Assembly: GCA_951406725.2 (NCBI GenBank)
Contig: OX597837.1
Span: 7,936,001-8,000,000, forward strand
Length of the DNA: 64,000 nt
From: Octopus vulgaris
Lineage: Eukaryota
Direction: 5' to 3'
The notes under the pieces were generated by a model. It was not told the origin of the DNA, searched no databases, and saw only the letters and a list, made by a program, of their open reading frames with translations. Of the stretch, positions 1-12,897 are shown piece by piece. Numbering within the stretch: the stretch's first letter is position 1; the number at the start of each line of letters is the position of its first letter. The translations under genes were made by a program, and so were the position numbers.

Positions 1-766
1 GAGATGGATAAAAAGAAAAGTGAAACGGAAGTGGGATAAAGAAAAAGAGGGAGAGAAGACAAAAAAGGAAAGAAAGAGAAGAGAAAGGAAAGAAAAGAGA
101 AAGAGAAAAGTGAAAAAGAAGAGAGAGAGAGAGAGGGTGAGAGAAGACTAAGGAGGAGAGAAAGAGACAAAGAGGAAGAAAGAGAGAAAACAAAGAAGGA
201 CGGAGAAAAAGAAAGAGAAGAAAGGTGAGAAAGAAAATGAAAGAGAAGAAAGGTGAGAAAGAAAATGAAAGAGAAGAAAGGTGAGAAAGAAAAAGAAAGA
301 AAAATGCGGAAGTACCAAGGTCTCCTTGTACCACCACCGTTGCGCTACTCTATTTTCACATCAACCACTCACGACTTAATCCGCACACACACACACACAC
401 ACACATAAATCTTGCATTACACACAGACACACCTTTAATTAATCCGAACCAACAGGTATTCAAAATACAAGGTATACATTTACATGTGACAACTTGAATA
501 ACAAAGAAGCCTTAACGTTGCCATAAGGTTCCACAGTTTTTTTTTTCTTTCTTTTTAATTTTTTTTTTCTATTTCGAAGAAAGGGGAAGAGGAAGGTAGA
601 GCTGCTTATACAGCTAGCTACAAAGCAACTCGAAAGGGTTCCAACGGTGACCCTTCTGTCTGATTTTTTTTTCTTTGACATTCTTTCTTTCAAAAACAAT
701 CTGTCTATAGTGTATCTATGGCTACTAGTACATAAAATTATCGAGCAACAATTGAAGTCACTAGAT

Positions 767-1343
767 CAGGGGTTTTCAGCCATTTTGTTTTTTTTTTTTA
801 CCTATGGACCCCTTTCACTACAATTTTATTCCGGTGGACCTACATAATCATTCAATGCTTTTAAAACCTAGTTTTATAGAAACTTCTTTCAAAACTTCTA
901 TTTTTGCTTTTCACACATTAACTTGGGAAGGTTGAGCGATGTAAAATGTTGGAGAAAGAAACCTAGCTGTCTAGCAGGGGTTTCTCAACAATTGTTTTAC
1001 CTAAGGACCCCTTTCACTACAATTTTATTCTGGTGGACCCACATAACAGTTCAATGCCTTTAAAACCTAGTTTTATAGAAACTTCTTTCAAAACTGCAAT
1101 TTTTATTTTTCACACATTCACTTGTGAAGGTTGAGCGATGTAAAATGCTGGAGAAAGAAACCTAGCTGTTTTTTTTTTTTTTTTGCAATATGTACATCTA
1201 AAGCAGGGGTTTCTCAACAATTGTTTTACCTTTGGACCCCTCTGATTACAATTTTATTTTGGTGGACCCCAACATAGCCATTCAATGCTTAAAATCTAGT
1301 TTTATAGAAACTTCTTTCAAAATCTCTATTTTGTTTTTCACGG
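767..1343 (+). mobile_element. Three tandem copies (~210-230 bp) of the left part of a hAT/Charlie-like MITE
   Basis: Each unit starts CAGGGGTTT(T/C)TCA.C and shares ggacccc...caattttatt...ggtggacc...tttatagaaacttctttcaaaa; starts near 767, 975 and 1204. Confidence 0.6.
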
Positions 1344-1415
1344 TTAATAAAGCAGTGAAAACTGAAACCGTGATAAATGAATCACCTGCATAGGCGCAGG
1401 TGTGGCTGCATGGTA

Positions 1416-1650
1416 AGGCGGTGAGCTGGCAAAGACGTTAACACGCCGAGCGAAATGCTTAGCGGTATTTCGTCTGCCGTTACGTTCTGAGTTCAAATTT
1501 CGCCGAGGCCGACTTTGCCTTTCATCCTTTCGGGGTAGATTAAATAAGTACCAGTTACGCACCGGGTTCGATATAATCGACTTGATTCAATTTTCTGTCC
1601 TTGTTTGTCCTCTCTGTGTTTAGCCCCTTGTGGGTAGTAAAGAAATAGGT
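1416..1650 (+). mobile_element. tRNA-derived SINE with a Nin/Deu-like domain (family B); further copies at ~9267-9480, 13735-13940, 26390-26560(-), 26680-26915, 37920-38155, 39005-39145(-), 51238-51380, 60762-60996(-)
   Basis: ggcggtgagctggcaaag...gagttcaaatt (box B-like)...gactttgcctttcatcctttcggggt recurs throughout the window. Confidence 0.8.
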
Positions 1651-2331
1651 AAGAAGCTTGTTTCTCAAATACATGGTTCTGGGTTCAGTCCCACTGCATG
1701 CCTCCCAATAAACACACACACACAGAGGAGTAAGTACATAAATACAAAACAAAGTGTGGAAAATAGTACTCGAATACCGAAGGTAGAGTAATCTAAGAAA
1801 GTACGCGCACACACATACACCCTTACCAGCGAGAATTGTATGTTAGTGACGACAGAAGAATATTTAAACTTCCGAGACAACGTGAAATAATCTTGGGTGG
1901 GGAGCAATGAATCTCGAAGCACATAAAACTATGAATAATAGCGTGTAAATACTGGGTCCACAATATTCATCTCAGGTGAGAATAAAGTTTCTAAAATGGT
2001 TAGAGGAATTCGCGGGATTGCTTAGGTTCATTTAGGTCCAATGGTAGAACGTCTGCAATGTGTACAGACGTGGGCTGGAACTAAGATACATGAAGTTAGT
2101 AAACCGAGACATTTCAAGAGTTAATTGAATTAGGTATCATCTTCACCCGGAATTATGTGTTTCTTTCCTACCACAAAGAGATGTACTCATCTCATACACA
2201 CATAGCGGGTGTGCATAAGCGTAGGCTCGAAACATTAAAGACTTTTTTTCATTTTTCCCCAGCGTCAAACTAATACACCTGCTTGTTGTTCGTACACCTG
2301 TCTTCATCTTTTGTTTTTCTGTAAATTTCAG

Positions 2332-2371
<40 letters not shown>

Positions 2372-2387
2372 TCACTTACACACACAA

Positions 2388-2422
<35 letters not shown>

Positions 2423-2425
<3 letters not shown>

Positions 2426-2624
2426 CGGGAAGCTTTATGAAAATAAACAAAAAACGAAGGCAGGTGGAATACAAACAAATAATTGTATTAGTATGGCGCT
2501 CAGGAATATAAATAAAACAAGTCTTTTACGTTTCGAGCCTACGCTCTTCAACAGAAAGATACACAGAAAAGAAACAAGGAGAGAAAAAAAATGCGTGCAG
2601 AAGCTAGCGAATCAACATGGCGAT
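2423..2624 (-). mobile_element. 5'-truncated 3' end of the same PLE family as 56573-59224, with an HHR motif at 2522-2559
   Basis: Reverse complement closely matches 59013-59224 and ends in (TA)n. Confidence 0.85.
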
Positions 2625-2744
2625 ATACACACAAACATTATATATTCACATGTATACGTATTTGCGCGCACATACACACACAGATATATATACATATATA
2701 CACACATATATATATATGATAGATCGATAGCCACTACACATTCT

Positions 2745-2893
2745 TTATTTTCTCTCCTTGTTTCTTTCTGTGTTCCTTTCTGTGAAAGAGCGTAGGCTCG
2801 AAACGTTAAAGACTTTTTCACTTCCCAAGCATTCTACTAAGACATCTGTTTGTTGTCAACACCACCTGTCTTCGTCTTTTGTGAATTCTCCCT
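2745..2893 (+). mobile_element. Related PLE 3'-end copy with a degenerate HHR (2776-2811); another partial copy at 2218-2331
   Basis: cttt-CTGTGAAA-GAGC-gtag-GCTC-GAAACGTT-aaag, then ...cacctgtcttcgtctttt...(TA)n. Confidence 0.7.
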
Positions 2894-3560
2894 ATATATA
2901 CATATATACAAACACACACACATATATACATATGTATACACACACAAATATATATATATATACACACACACACACATATACATCCACACTCATACACGCA
3001 CACACACACATACATATCATATACAGAGGCTATAAAAAACTCCGCTGAATTTTTCTTTTTGCACGTGAATATAAGGGAAAAAGAAGTAAAAAATAAAAAG
3101 GACACTATCGATTAATATAAACATTATCACGTTATTCATGTCTCTACGACACGTTAGATTGGAGTTTAGTGGTAAATACTTTGTAGTTAACGCTTAGAGC
3201 ACAGACATGCGCACACACGTGTATATATATATGTGTGTGTGTGTGTGTATTTATGTATGTATATATCTGATTATGTATACACTAAAGTTTCATACTCAAA
3301 CGTGCGTAGAGACATACACACACATACATACACACTGATATGTGTACACATTTATAGATACATAAATTTACAGTTATATATATATATATATATAAACACA
3401 CACACACTCACACATATATATATACACCGATGTACGGACACGCACACACATTCACATATACAGATACACACATACAAATACAGACACACATATACAGACC
3501 AATACACATACATATGTAGACAGACCAATATATACATACACAGACAATCAGACACACAAA

Positions 3561-3629
<69 letters not shown>

Positions 3630-4439
3630 GTACACACACATACATGAAGCTAATATACAGACACGCATTAGTGCACGCCGGGTGCATTCCAGAAGTTTCC
3701 AATCCGATATACTTAATGACACGACATAAAAGAATATTTGTTTTTCTTTTTCTCTTTTTTCGTAATTTTTATCTGATTTCAAATTCTTCAAAAGTGAAAA
3801 GAAAAAAAGAAAGAAAGAAAGAAAGAAACCATTAACTTCCCCAAATTCTTCACATTTCTTACAACAGCAGCTGAGAAGAATTTCAATAGAACCAGCAAGT
3901 CCTTCTTGCTCAACCAAGCACCGTTCTCTAGTTGACTGCCGTTCTTCGGAGCAAGAAAATTGTCAGCCTTTCAAATGGTGCTTGATGTTTGGAAACAGGT
4001 GGAAGAATTACAGAGAAACGGTGGGGAAAAAAAGGAAAAAGAAAACAAGAAAAGTATGATGATATATCTATCTTCATTTATCACGGACGGGAGGCGGGGG
4101 CAGTAAAAAAACAGTGAAAACTGAACCAGTGATAAACGAATCATCTCTATATAGGCGCGAGCATGGCTATGTGGTAAGAAGCTTGCTTACCAACCACATG
4201 GTTCCGGAATCAGTCCTACTGCGTGACATTTTGAGCAAGTGCCTCGGGCCGACCAAAGCCTTGTGAGTGAATTTCGTAAACGGAACCTGAAAGAAGCCCA
4301 TTGTGTGTATACGTGTATATGTGTGTATGTATATATATGTGTGTGTGTGTATGTATGTACAGAGTGCGTAAGGTATTTGAGGACATTCCTTTTTTGGGGT
4401 CATTACTGCATTTTTTGCCAACTCTGTATGATCTTTGTT

Positions 4440-5098
4440 TCAGAAAATAATAATGTCAGACCCTCAGCTTACTCAAGAAATGAAGAGGTATGCTGTTATT
4501 GTAGTTATAAAGCCTGAGCATAGCGATTTAGGAATAACTCGAGTTTTAAAAGTTGCCAGATCTTTCATCTACAAAGTTTGTACGGAGCTAGAGACTGAAG
4601 ATGGAAACGTATCACCAGTATCAAAGCATAAAATGCAATTTAAACTTCTGAAATCAACAGAACACCTGAATTTATCCAACAAGTTCAACAGACCATTGAT
4701 TCCAATTCAAGAAAGTCCATGAGGTCAATTGCAAAAGATCTCCATGTGTCAGAAGGAACCGTCAGAAATGATGTCCACGAAGACTTCAGATACAAGTCTT
4801 ATATGATAAGGAAAGGTTAATTTGTTAGAAAAAGCACAAGAAAATCACTACATCAGAACTAAAAGGCCCTTAAACAAAATGAAAAATCCAGCAGAAGATG
4901 TGATTTCGTTTTTCTCAAATGAGAAAAACTTCGACCAAGATCAAAAAGTTAACAGAAGAAATGACAGATGGTTATGTACAAACCCTTCTGAAGTTCAAAG
5001 TGTTATGCATACAAAATTTCCTGTAACTGTCATAGTTTTAGGGGTTGTCAGCAATGAAGGACATGTGATGCCTCCTTACTTCTTTCCACAAGGCCTCA
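4440..5098 (+). pseudogene. Tc1/mariner-superfamily (maT-like) transposase fragment with frameshifts and stops
   Basis: FFSNEKNFDQDQKVNRRNDRWL...VMHTKFPVTVIVLGVVSNEGHVMPPYFF matches the first-D (FSDEK) region of IS630-Tc1-mariner transposases. Confidence 0.8.
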
Positions 5099-5287
5099 GT
5101 AGCTGACGTGTTTCTTCTAGCAGAGAATCAAATAGTATTAAATATTATTTGATTTTCTGTCTGAAGAATTTCTAATAAGAAATTTCTTACATATCTATCC
5201 AACTTATACAATTCTGTGCTTCCTATCATCAAATGAAACACGTGTAATGGTGACTGATGCCAAAACATTTTTTTCAAACTTTCCACA

Positions 5288-5850
5288 GGAGAGCAGGAGT
5301 GGGTGTATGGTAAGGAGCTTGCTTACCAACCACATGAATCCGGGTTCAGTCCCACTGCGTGTCACCTTGGGCAAGTTTCTTCTACTATAGCCTCGGGCCG
5401 ACCAAAGCCTTGTGAGTGGATTTGGTAGACGGAAACTGAAAGAAGCCCGTCGTATATATATATATATGTATAGGCGCAGGAGTGGCTGTGTCGTAAGGAG
5501 CTTGCTTACCAACCACATGAATTCGGGTTCAGTCCCACTGCGTGGCACCTTGGGCAAGTTTCTTCTACTATAGCCTTGGGCCGACCAAAGCCTTGTGAGT
5601 GGATTTGGTAGACGGAAACTGAAAGAAGCCCGTCGTATATATATATATATATATGTGTGTGTGTTTATGTTTGTGTGCCAGTGTTAGTCCCCCACCATTG
5701 TTTGACAACCGATACTGGTGTGTTTACGTCCCCGTAACTTACCAGTTTGTCAAAATAGACCGATAGAATAAGTCCTGGGGTCGGTTTGCTCGCCTAAAGG
5801 TGTTGCTCCAACATGGCTACAGTCAAATGACTGAAACAAATAAAAGAATA
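5288..5850 (+). mobile_element. Abundant tRNA-derived SINE (family A), duplicated head plus tail; other copies at ~4152-4340, 9917-10420, 14795-15155(-), 28070-28575(-), 29035-29458(-), 31647-32185, 36043-36500(-), 50190-50552(-), 55960-56378, 56413-56572, 61130-61551(-)
   Basis: aggcgcaggagtggctgtg.ggtaag...ggttcagtcccactgcgtggcaccttgggcaag...gaaagaagcccgtcg(TA)n...gactgaaacaa repeated many times. Confidence 0.85.
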
Positions 5851-5874
5851 GAATTTTTACAGGCAAAAAGGTTG

Positions 5875-5918
5875 GCAGTCTCTTCGAAGTTTCAGGTCGT
5901 TTACCTTCGTCAGACTGC
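5875..5918 (-). ncRNA. Hammerhead-like motif with a mutated cleavage triplet
   Basis: GCAGT-CTGACGA-AGGT-aaacg-ACCT-GAAA-CTTCGAAG-AG-ACTGC; all three stems form, but AG replaces the UH at positions 16.1/17. Confidence 0.6.
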
Positions 5919-7162
5919 ACGTCTTGGCGAGCAAGATGAAACAACGAAGCATCTGTTAATCTTTTCTTTGTAAAAGCTTAATACATATAGGACACCGCTA
6001 GAAAGTATTCAGTAATCCTTCAGTTTTAATATTAAATAGATTTTGTATATATCTTGACATAAAAACAAACATGAATGTGTATGTGCGTGAGTGTGTATTA
6101 TAATCTCGACTTTTTGAATAAGATTGTCAACTGTGTCCTTTCATAACTTTTAAAGAAAGATCAAAGCATATACGGAAATATGAAAGAGAAACGAAAACAG
6201 TAGCGAAAAGAAAAGAAAACGACTTTTAAATATTTATAGAAAAATCAAAATTTATAAAATCTTTAAAACATTTAACAACTTTTGAAAAATTTAAAGTTAT
6301 TGAATAATAAAACGTGAAAGTAATTATTTGTCCACTTTTTATACATGAACAATATTTAATTTGTTTCTTTAAAATTATAATTGCTATAATAGCGAAAGTC
6401 GGAGTGAATTAGAATTAGAATGGCGGGTGGAAGTGATGAAGAAGTGAATTTAAGCATATCGATGAAGACATTATGTGGGAGGTGATGTAGCCGTTGAGAG
6501 AGAGAGGCTGGAGGTAAGTATAAACAGAGGAAGATCATTAACTTTCTAGCTAGAAAGGTAATTAATTGTTTGCAACATTTTTATTCTTCGTTTGGGGAAA
6601 AGATTTTAATTAGCGAAAAAACGCAAAAAAAAAAAAAAATAATATATATATTTTTTCTTCGTTCGTAAACAAAATGTCTTCGTCAAGCAGGAAAGTCTCC
6701 AAACATTTCAAACTAGAACAAACATTTTTTTTACAGTCGTTAAAAAAAGGAATCTTATGACAATCTTGTCGACAACAACAAAAGCAACATAGCTCACATT
6801 TTTCCAAGCGACAGAGTAAGTCATTTGGAGAAAAACTAAGCGGAGAAGGAAACCTGGTAACTGTTTGTCACAAAAGCAAGTACCTCTTTGCCCAACAGTT
6901 TGTTCATACAAAAGGCAAAGAAAAGTGACAAACGTCTGCTATGCAGCGTGCCCACAAAAGAGCAATTAATTGAACTCCTGTCCGATTGACGGAGGATCAT
7001 TAAACTCAGCAAGATATAGAAGAGGTTCTGTCTGATTTTAAAGAACGAGTGAGGGAAGTGGTAACAAGCCGATTCGGTGAACCACACATCGGCTCATAGA
7101 TTCATACTGCAATACACAGATCAGGGCAATATATGGATGACAACCTGGTGCGCTGAGAGTGA

Positions 7163-7207
<45 letters not shown>

Positions 7208-7208
<1 letters not shown>

Positions 7209-7402
7209 AAGTTAATTCAAACATGAAAACACAACAACGCGAGGACCTGGAACATGTATAGTATTATTGGACGCTCAGGAAAGAAGGAAAGGAGGGTTTA
7301 ACGTTTCGAGCGGAGCACTTCGTCAGAAACATAGGAAAAGGAAAGATCTAAAGAAGGGAAGACGGATGAAAAAAATCGCCAACGGTACACACGCGGTCAC
7401 AT
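7208..7402 (-). mobile_element. PLE-like 3'-end element with a minimal HHR (7296-7330); sister copies 31136-31342 (HHR 31233-31267), 51693-51882 (HHR 51780-51814), partial 31808-31884(+)
   Basis: GTTT-C(T/C)GACGA-A-G(A/T)GC-tcc-GCTC-GAAA-CG-TT-AAAC; every copy ends against a (TA)n tract. Confidence 0.75.
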
Positions 7403-8613
7403 TGTGTTTCAAAAAAGAAAATAGAAACTACACGTGGAAAAGACATGTGGAAAGTAAGAAGGAGAAAAAGCGAAAATGCACATTGAATATCAAATAAAGG
7501 CTCTTTTAAATGAAAAGTAGCGATTAATAAATACAATTAGATGAACTGAGGTAAAATTAAGAGGAATTAAATTCATTATTTTGAATTGTTAAAGAGATTC
7601 AAAATCACACCGGTGTCGTCATTGCTGTTCACTGGCTATACCACATAACGTATACTGAGTGTAAAACAGGACGGGAGACAAACACAGAAGGTCCCTAATT
7701 TTTCGTCAGTTATCAACCAATCGCTAATGCTCAGTTTCGCACCTTTATATATATATATATATATACACCGTTCGTTGTCACTTTTATAGCACAATATGGG
7801 CAGGTGGAAAGCGAACAGGTGAGCAAACACATGTGACCAGAAAGGGTCAGTATAGTCTTACAAGTTCAAATGACACCTGCCTCTACCCTCACCGGAGACA
7901 ACGAGGCCATACTTGTGTTGTGTTCTTCAGCAAGGCACTTTATTTCACGTTGCTCCAGTTCACTCAGCTGTAGAAATGAGTTGCGACGTCACGGGTGCCA
8001 AGCTGTATCGACCTTTGCCTTTCCCTTGGATAACATCGGTGGCGTGGAGAGGAGAGACCGGTATGTATGGGCGACTGCTGGTCTTCCTTAAAACAACCTT
8101 GCCGGGACTTGGTGCCTGGGAGGGTAACTTCCTAGATGCAATCCCATGGTCATTCATGACCGAAGAGGGTCTCTACAATTGTTAGAGTAAGAGCAACTTA
8201 AGAGCTTCCTGCTCTGATGGACAAGAGAGGAATAGAGAGAGAGAGAGAGAGAGATAGGAGAGAGAGAGAGGAAGAGAGAGGGAGGAAGAGAGAGAGAGAG
8301 AGGAAGAGAGAGAGGAAGAGAGAGAGAGAGAGAAGTAATTTGAGATACAGAGAAAGTAGCAGACAGTCGCAGAACTAGCAAGAAGAAGAACAGGTTCCAA
8401 AGGCTTTGCTTTGTTTAATTATTGTGCAATTTCAGTAATTATCTATTTATTTAATGTGGCTAATTTACATCAAGTTTCTAAAATTTCCGCCCACACGGTA
8501 TGTTTTCTTATTCATCGTCTTCATGCAACCTTTTTTTTTTTTTTTTTTTTACCTATTCCCAGAAATTTGCAAATTCCTGTGACAACGTTTATTACTGATG
8601 AATGTATGAATAC

Positions 8614-8644
<31 letters not shown>

Positions 8645-9205
8645 GAGTGAGAGAGCAATGCATGCCATCAAAATGACACTGGGGTAAAATATACGAAGCC
8701 CAGTATACCCATCATGACTACCCGTCTGATAAGGGTACACCACACACATGCATCACAACCATGTGCGCGCAAAATGGTGATCTCATATCAAGATAAACAG
8801 CAAATGACCTTGAAGGTGGGGCCCAGTTAGAATTTTCGTCAGATCGAGTAGTCCATTCCGCTCAAAGGGTCCCTGAATAAGGGTTGTTTAAGGATGATGA
8901 ACAAAACATCCATGTTTCCAAAGGTGAATTATTCAAATCCCAAAGAATCCCTCTCAACACATGGCTATGATGCTCCTCCACCACTTCTGCTCGTGATCAG
9001 AGATGCACATATAGTCAGCCACTAAGGGACATGCTCAACTGGTGAAGGTCAAACAACTGACAAGCAAATCTGTGGTATTGAGCAGAATATTTGCTGTAGC
9101 CCATCTTTTATACCAAGACAAAACAATGTACATGATAACACTTCCAATCAGTTAAGATCAGAAGCCACGAGAGCCACTGTCTTGTACTGCATCAGGGAAT
9201 TTACT
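8645..9205 (-). mobile_element. Non-LTR retroposon 3' end with an (AAT)n tail; second copy 38700-38892(+)
   Basis: Two similar copies in opposite orientation, each ending ...ctctc(t/c)cactc-(AAT)n. Confidence 0.6.
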
Positions 9206-10979
9206 ATCATCATCATCATCATTATTATAATTATTATAATTATTATTATTATTATTATTATTATTAAGGTGGCTAGCTGGCAGAATCATTAGTACGTTAG
9301 GCGATATGCGTAGCGATATTTCGTTTGTCGTTACATTCTGAGTTCAAATTCCGCCGAAGTCAACTTTGCCTTTCATCCTTTCGGGGTCGATAAATTAAGT
9401 ACCAGTTACATACTGGGATCGATCTAATCGACTAGCCCCCTACCCACAAATCCCAGACCTTGTGCCTTTAGCAGAAAGGATTATTATTATTATTATTATT
9501 ATTAGATGTAGGCTTGAACAATCCTATTATTTCGTAGTTGCCGTTAGCTTTTGGCTAACGACATTTTCCAAGGATGTACAATAAATAGGATGTAATTTCT
9601 ACATCTTTTTGTGTCATCTAAAGCTATTTCGTAAGGCAAATATATTTCATTTCATTTTATTCTCTTCCCACCGCCAACCAACTCCCTCCCTCCCCAACCT
9701 AACCCAATCAAATACGATTTTATTGACATTTTGAACTTTATTTAGTTCGATTTGATTCGCAATAATGTTGAGGCACCGAAATAATGCCCAGAAAAAGCAA
9801 GAAAAGAAAAACAAGAGAAAGAATTCTGAATTCTGTGATGGCGAAATAAGGAAACGCGAAAAAGCCTGCCTTTTGTAGAAATACACATGGTTCGAAAATC
9901 AAAACCATTTTCGGGTAGGCGTATGCGTAGGCTCTGTGGTAACAAGCTTGTTGCCCAACCACATGGTTCCAGGTTCAGTCACACTCCGTGGCACCTTCTA
10001 TTATAGCCACGGACCAACCAAAGGCTTGTGAGTGGATTTGGTAGACGGAAACTGAAAGAAGCCGGTCGTATATATATATATATTTATTTATTCGGGTTCA
10101 GTACCACTATGCGGTACCTTGGGCAAATGTCTTGTATTATTATAACCTTGGGCAGACCAATGCCTTGTGAATGAATTTTACAGACGGAAACTGTGTGGAA
10201 ACCCGTCGTGTATGTGTGTGTCTGTATTTTCCTCCCGCCCCACCGGTTGATAACCGGTGTTAGTTCATTTACGTCCTCGTTACGCTCAAAGTCCTTGATA
10301 AAGTAAGTAGTAGACTTTAAAAAAAAAGTGCTGGAGTCGATTTGTTCGACAAAATCTTTAAAGGTGGTGCCCCAGCATGGCCGCATACCAAAGATTGATA
10401 CAAGTAAAAGAATAAAGAACAACAACTAGATTTGTGACCACAAGCAAAAACGTCGCACAGACTTTAGTTTAGTTTCGTCCACGGCGTTTCTATTCTTGCA
10501 TCTTTGAATAACGTTACTCCTACGCCTATAATTAGAATATCACAAAATGGATTCTCCAAGACAAACCAACTGGTAGATGACCCAGGGTCAGACCAAGAAT
10601 GAGATGGTTCGATAATGCCCATGGGATCAGTTGGTCACGCTTTGGAACCCAGCAGGAAAGTTTAACGACAGTTGCTTCTGAGTGGACCCAATTCAAAAGG
10701 AGCTCGAGGACTCCCAATGCTCTCTCAAGAATAATAGGGCGGAGGAAATGGTTGGATGGGTGGAATCTTTGAATATGGACAAAGCACAGTGCCAGACGGA
10801 CCGTGGTAACACAGTGTTCTGAAAAACTGGCGCAAATGGCCTGAAGACTATATTGAGACGTCTACAAGGAGAAAATGGTTTACTTTTGTTTCGCGGAAGG
10901 AGGAAGGGGCTTTGTCTGTGCCCTCAAAGAAACAGATAGCAGATTTTTGGTGAACAGTTGGGTTATTATTCTAATACAG

Positions 10980-11342
10980 TGGAGGCGCAATGGCCCAGTG
11001 GTTAGAGCAGCGGACTCGAGGTCGTAGGATCGCGGTTTCGATTCCCAGACCGGGCGTTGTGAGTGTTTATTGAGCGAAAACACCTAAAGCTCCATGAGGC
11101 TCCGGCAGGGACGGTGGTGATCCCTGCTGTACTCTTTCACCACAACTTTCTCTCACTCTTACTTCCTGTTTCTGTTGTACATGTATTTCAAAGGGCCGAC
11201 CTTGTCACTCTCTGTGTCACGCTGAATATCCCCGAGAACTACGTTAAGGGTACACGTGTCTGTGGAGTGCTCAGCCACTTACACGTTAATTTCACGGATC
11301 AACCGGAACCCTCGTCGTCGTAACCGACGGAGTGCTTCCATC
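10980..11342 (+). mobile_element. tRNA-derived SINE (family C, tRNA-Arg-like head); relatives at 36697-37030, 41035-41375(-), 50090-50165, 63217-63556, 7910-8172
   Basis: ggaggcgcaatggcccagtggttag (box A)...ggtttcgattcc (box B), followed by a conserved body. Confidence 0.75.
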
Positions 11343-12897
11343 CATTCTAATACACTGAGAAGATCGAAGCTCACGGCAACGTCTACCTGATCTTCAGAAA
11401 TGAGGACGAGACTCGTAGACAGGCAGAGATTGTGCGCCATAGATACCCACATAAGCTTGTCCCAGGGCAACAGGTAGAAGAATAGCAACATTGGCCTTTG
11501 GCTCGCTGCTGCCAGTCTTTGTAAAGCAAGAAGACATACGGGTTAGGAGATAAGCCGATGAGTAACGATAAATGATATATGATTGTAAAGGGTTAGCATG
11601 AACTTGAAAATCTTTGTAACTCATAACTCATCAGGGCCACAAGGCCATTCTCGATCTGTGCCTTGTTATGAGCACTGAGTCAAAGCTAATAAAATTAATG
11701 TTGCAGAACAGATTGCCAAGTTGTTATACTCGCGGAAGCAAAATCCACTCGATAGATTTCTGCCCTGAAGAACTGGAAAAAACAAAAACAGAAAAAGAAA
11801 AGTAAAAAAGAACGAGTAGTATCCGGCAGTTCCTCTCTAGATAGCAACGTCGATTGCGTCATCTATCGCAGATCGGACGATGGCCGAAAAATCCGCTTTG
11901 TGCTCGACCCCAGAATCAAAAGATGGTGAGATCAAAAGATCTCCCTGATCGGAAATGAGTTAGGGTTAGCAGAAGAGGTTACCATATGCAGGGTCTCCAA
12001 AGCGGATAATGCTAAGTTTTTGATATGCCCTCACCCTAGCCACTCACGAGGTTGGGGAATACATGGAAACTGAAGGAATCTGGCCAGACTATTGTGGGAG
12101 AGAGAGAAAGAGAGATAGAGAGAAATAAAAAAGAGGAAGGAGGGCAGAGCACTTAGATAGTCTCCACAAGGTGGAAAAAAGGATCCAACTCTGGGATGCG
12201 TATTGTTTTGTAAGTTATCAGAAGCGTGACAAGGGACTGCTTCAGTGTTTATTTGGGCGGAAGTGGGGCATGCGCAACCGATTTAATTTATAGTCGGAAC
12301 AGAGCTGGATACAGTTTAACCTGGAGTATTCAGAAGACAGAATAGTGTGTTGGGTTCTGTTGGATTTCTTCGACTTCTTAGAGGACTGCATCGAGGAGGT
12401 TAACGAGAGTAAAAGGAGGAAATATGTTGAGCTGGTGGAATTATGCCAAAGCAATTGGTGACATGCAAGGTGCGATCCCATCGAGGTGGGATGCAGAGAG
12501 TTTGCAGGTCAGTCCCTCTGCAGAGCGTAACAACATGCTGAGCATCACAAGGACCAGTACCAGTGAGCAGAGGGTCATCAGGTGGCCTGCAGAAGGAGCA
12601 GAGGTTGCTTCAAGGTAACTGTGGATTAAGAGATGCGAGCCCTTAAAGGGCAATTGCTAACAGGGGTAACGCTAACTGGGTACAACAAACTGGGGGTGGG
12701 GGCTTCATCGACCCCGGATTGGTCACCTGGCTGAGGGTGTCTGATGTCGAAAGACCCGAAACACTTGATGATCCCTGGAAACATCACCAATGATACTTCT
12801 CAAATGCATCACAGGATAATGTTAGAAACAATTTACGAGAGAAATAGTTCTGTCCAGACCAGCGGTTCTCAACCGGGCTCCATACGACTCCTATGGG

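Noticed and set aside
3835-4020. Unique stretch open in several frames
   Set aside because: No recognisable protein and no clear splice sites
10980-11055. tRNA genes (also 36697, 45042, 63217)
   Set aside because: tRNA-like heads lack a proper acceptor stem and continue into SINE bodies
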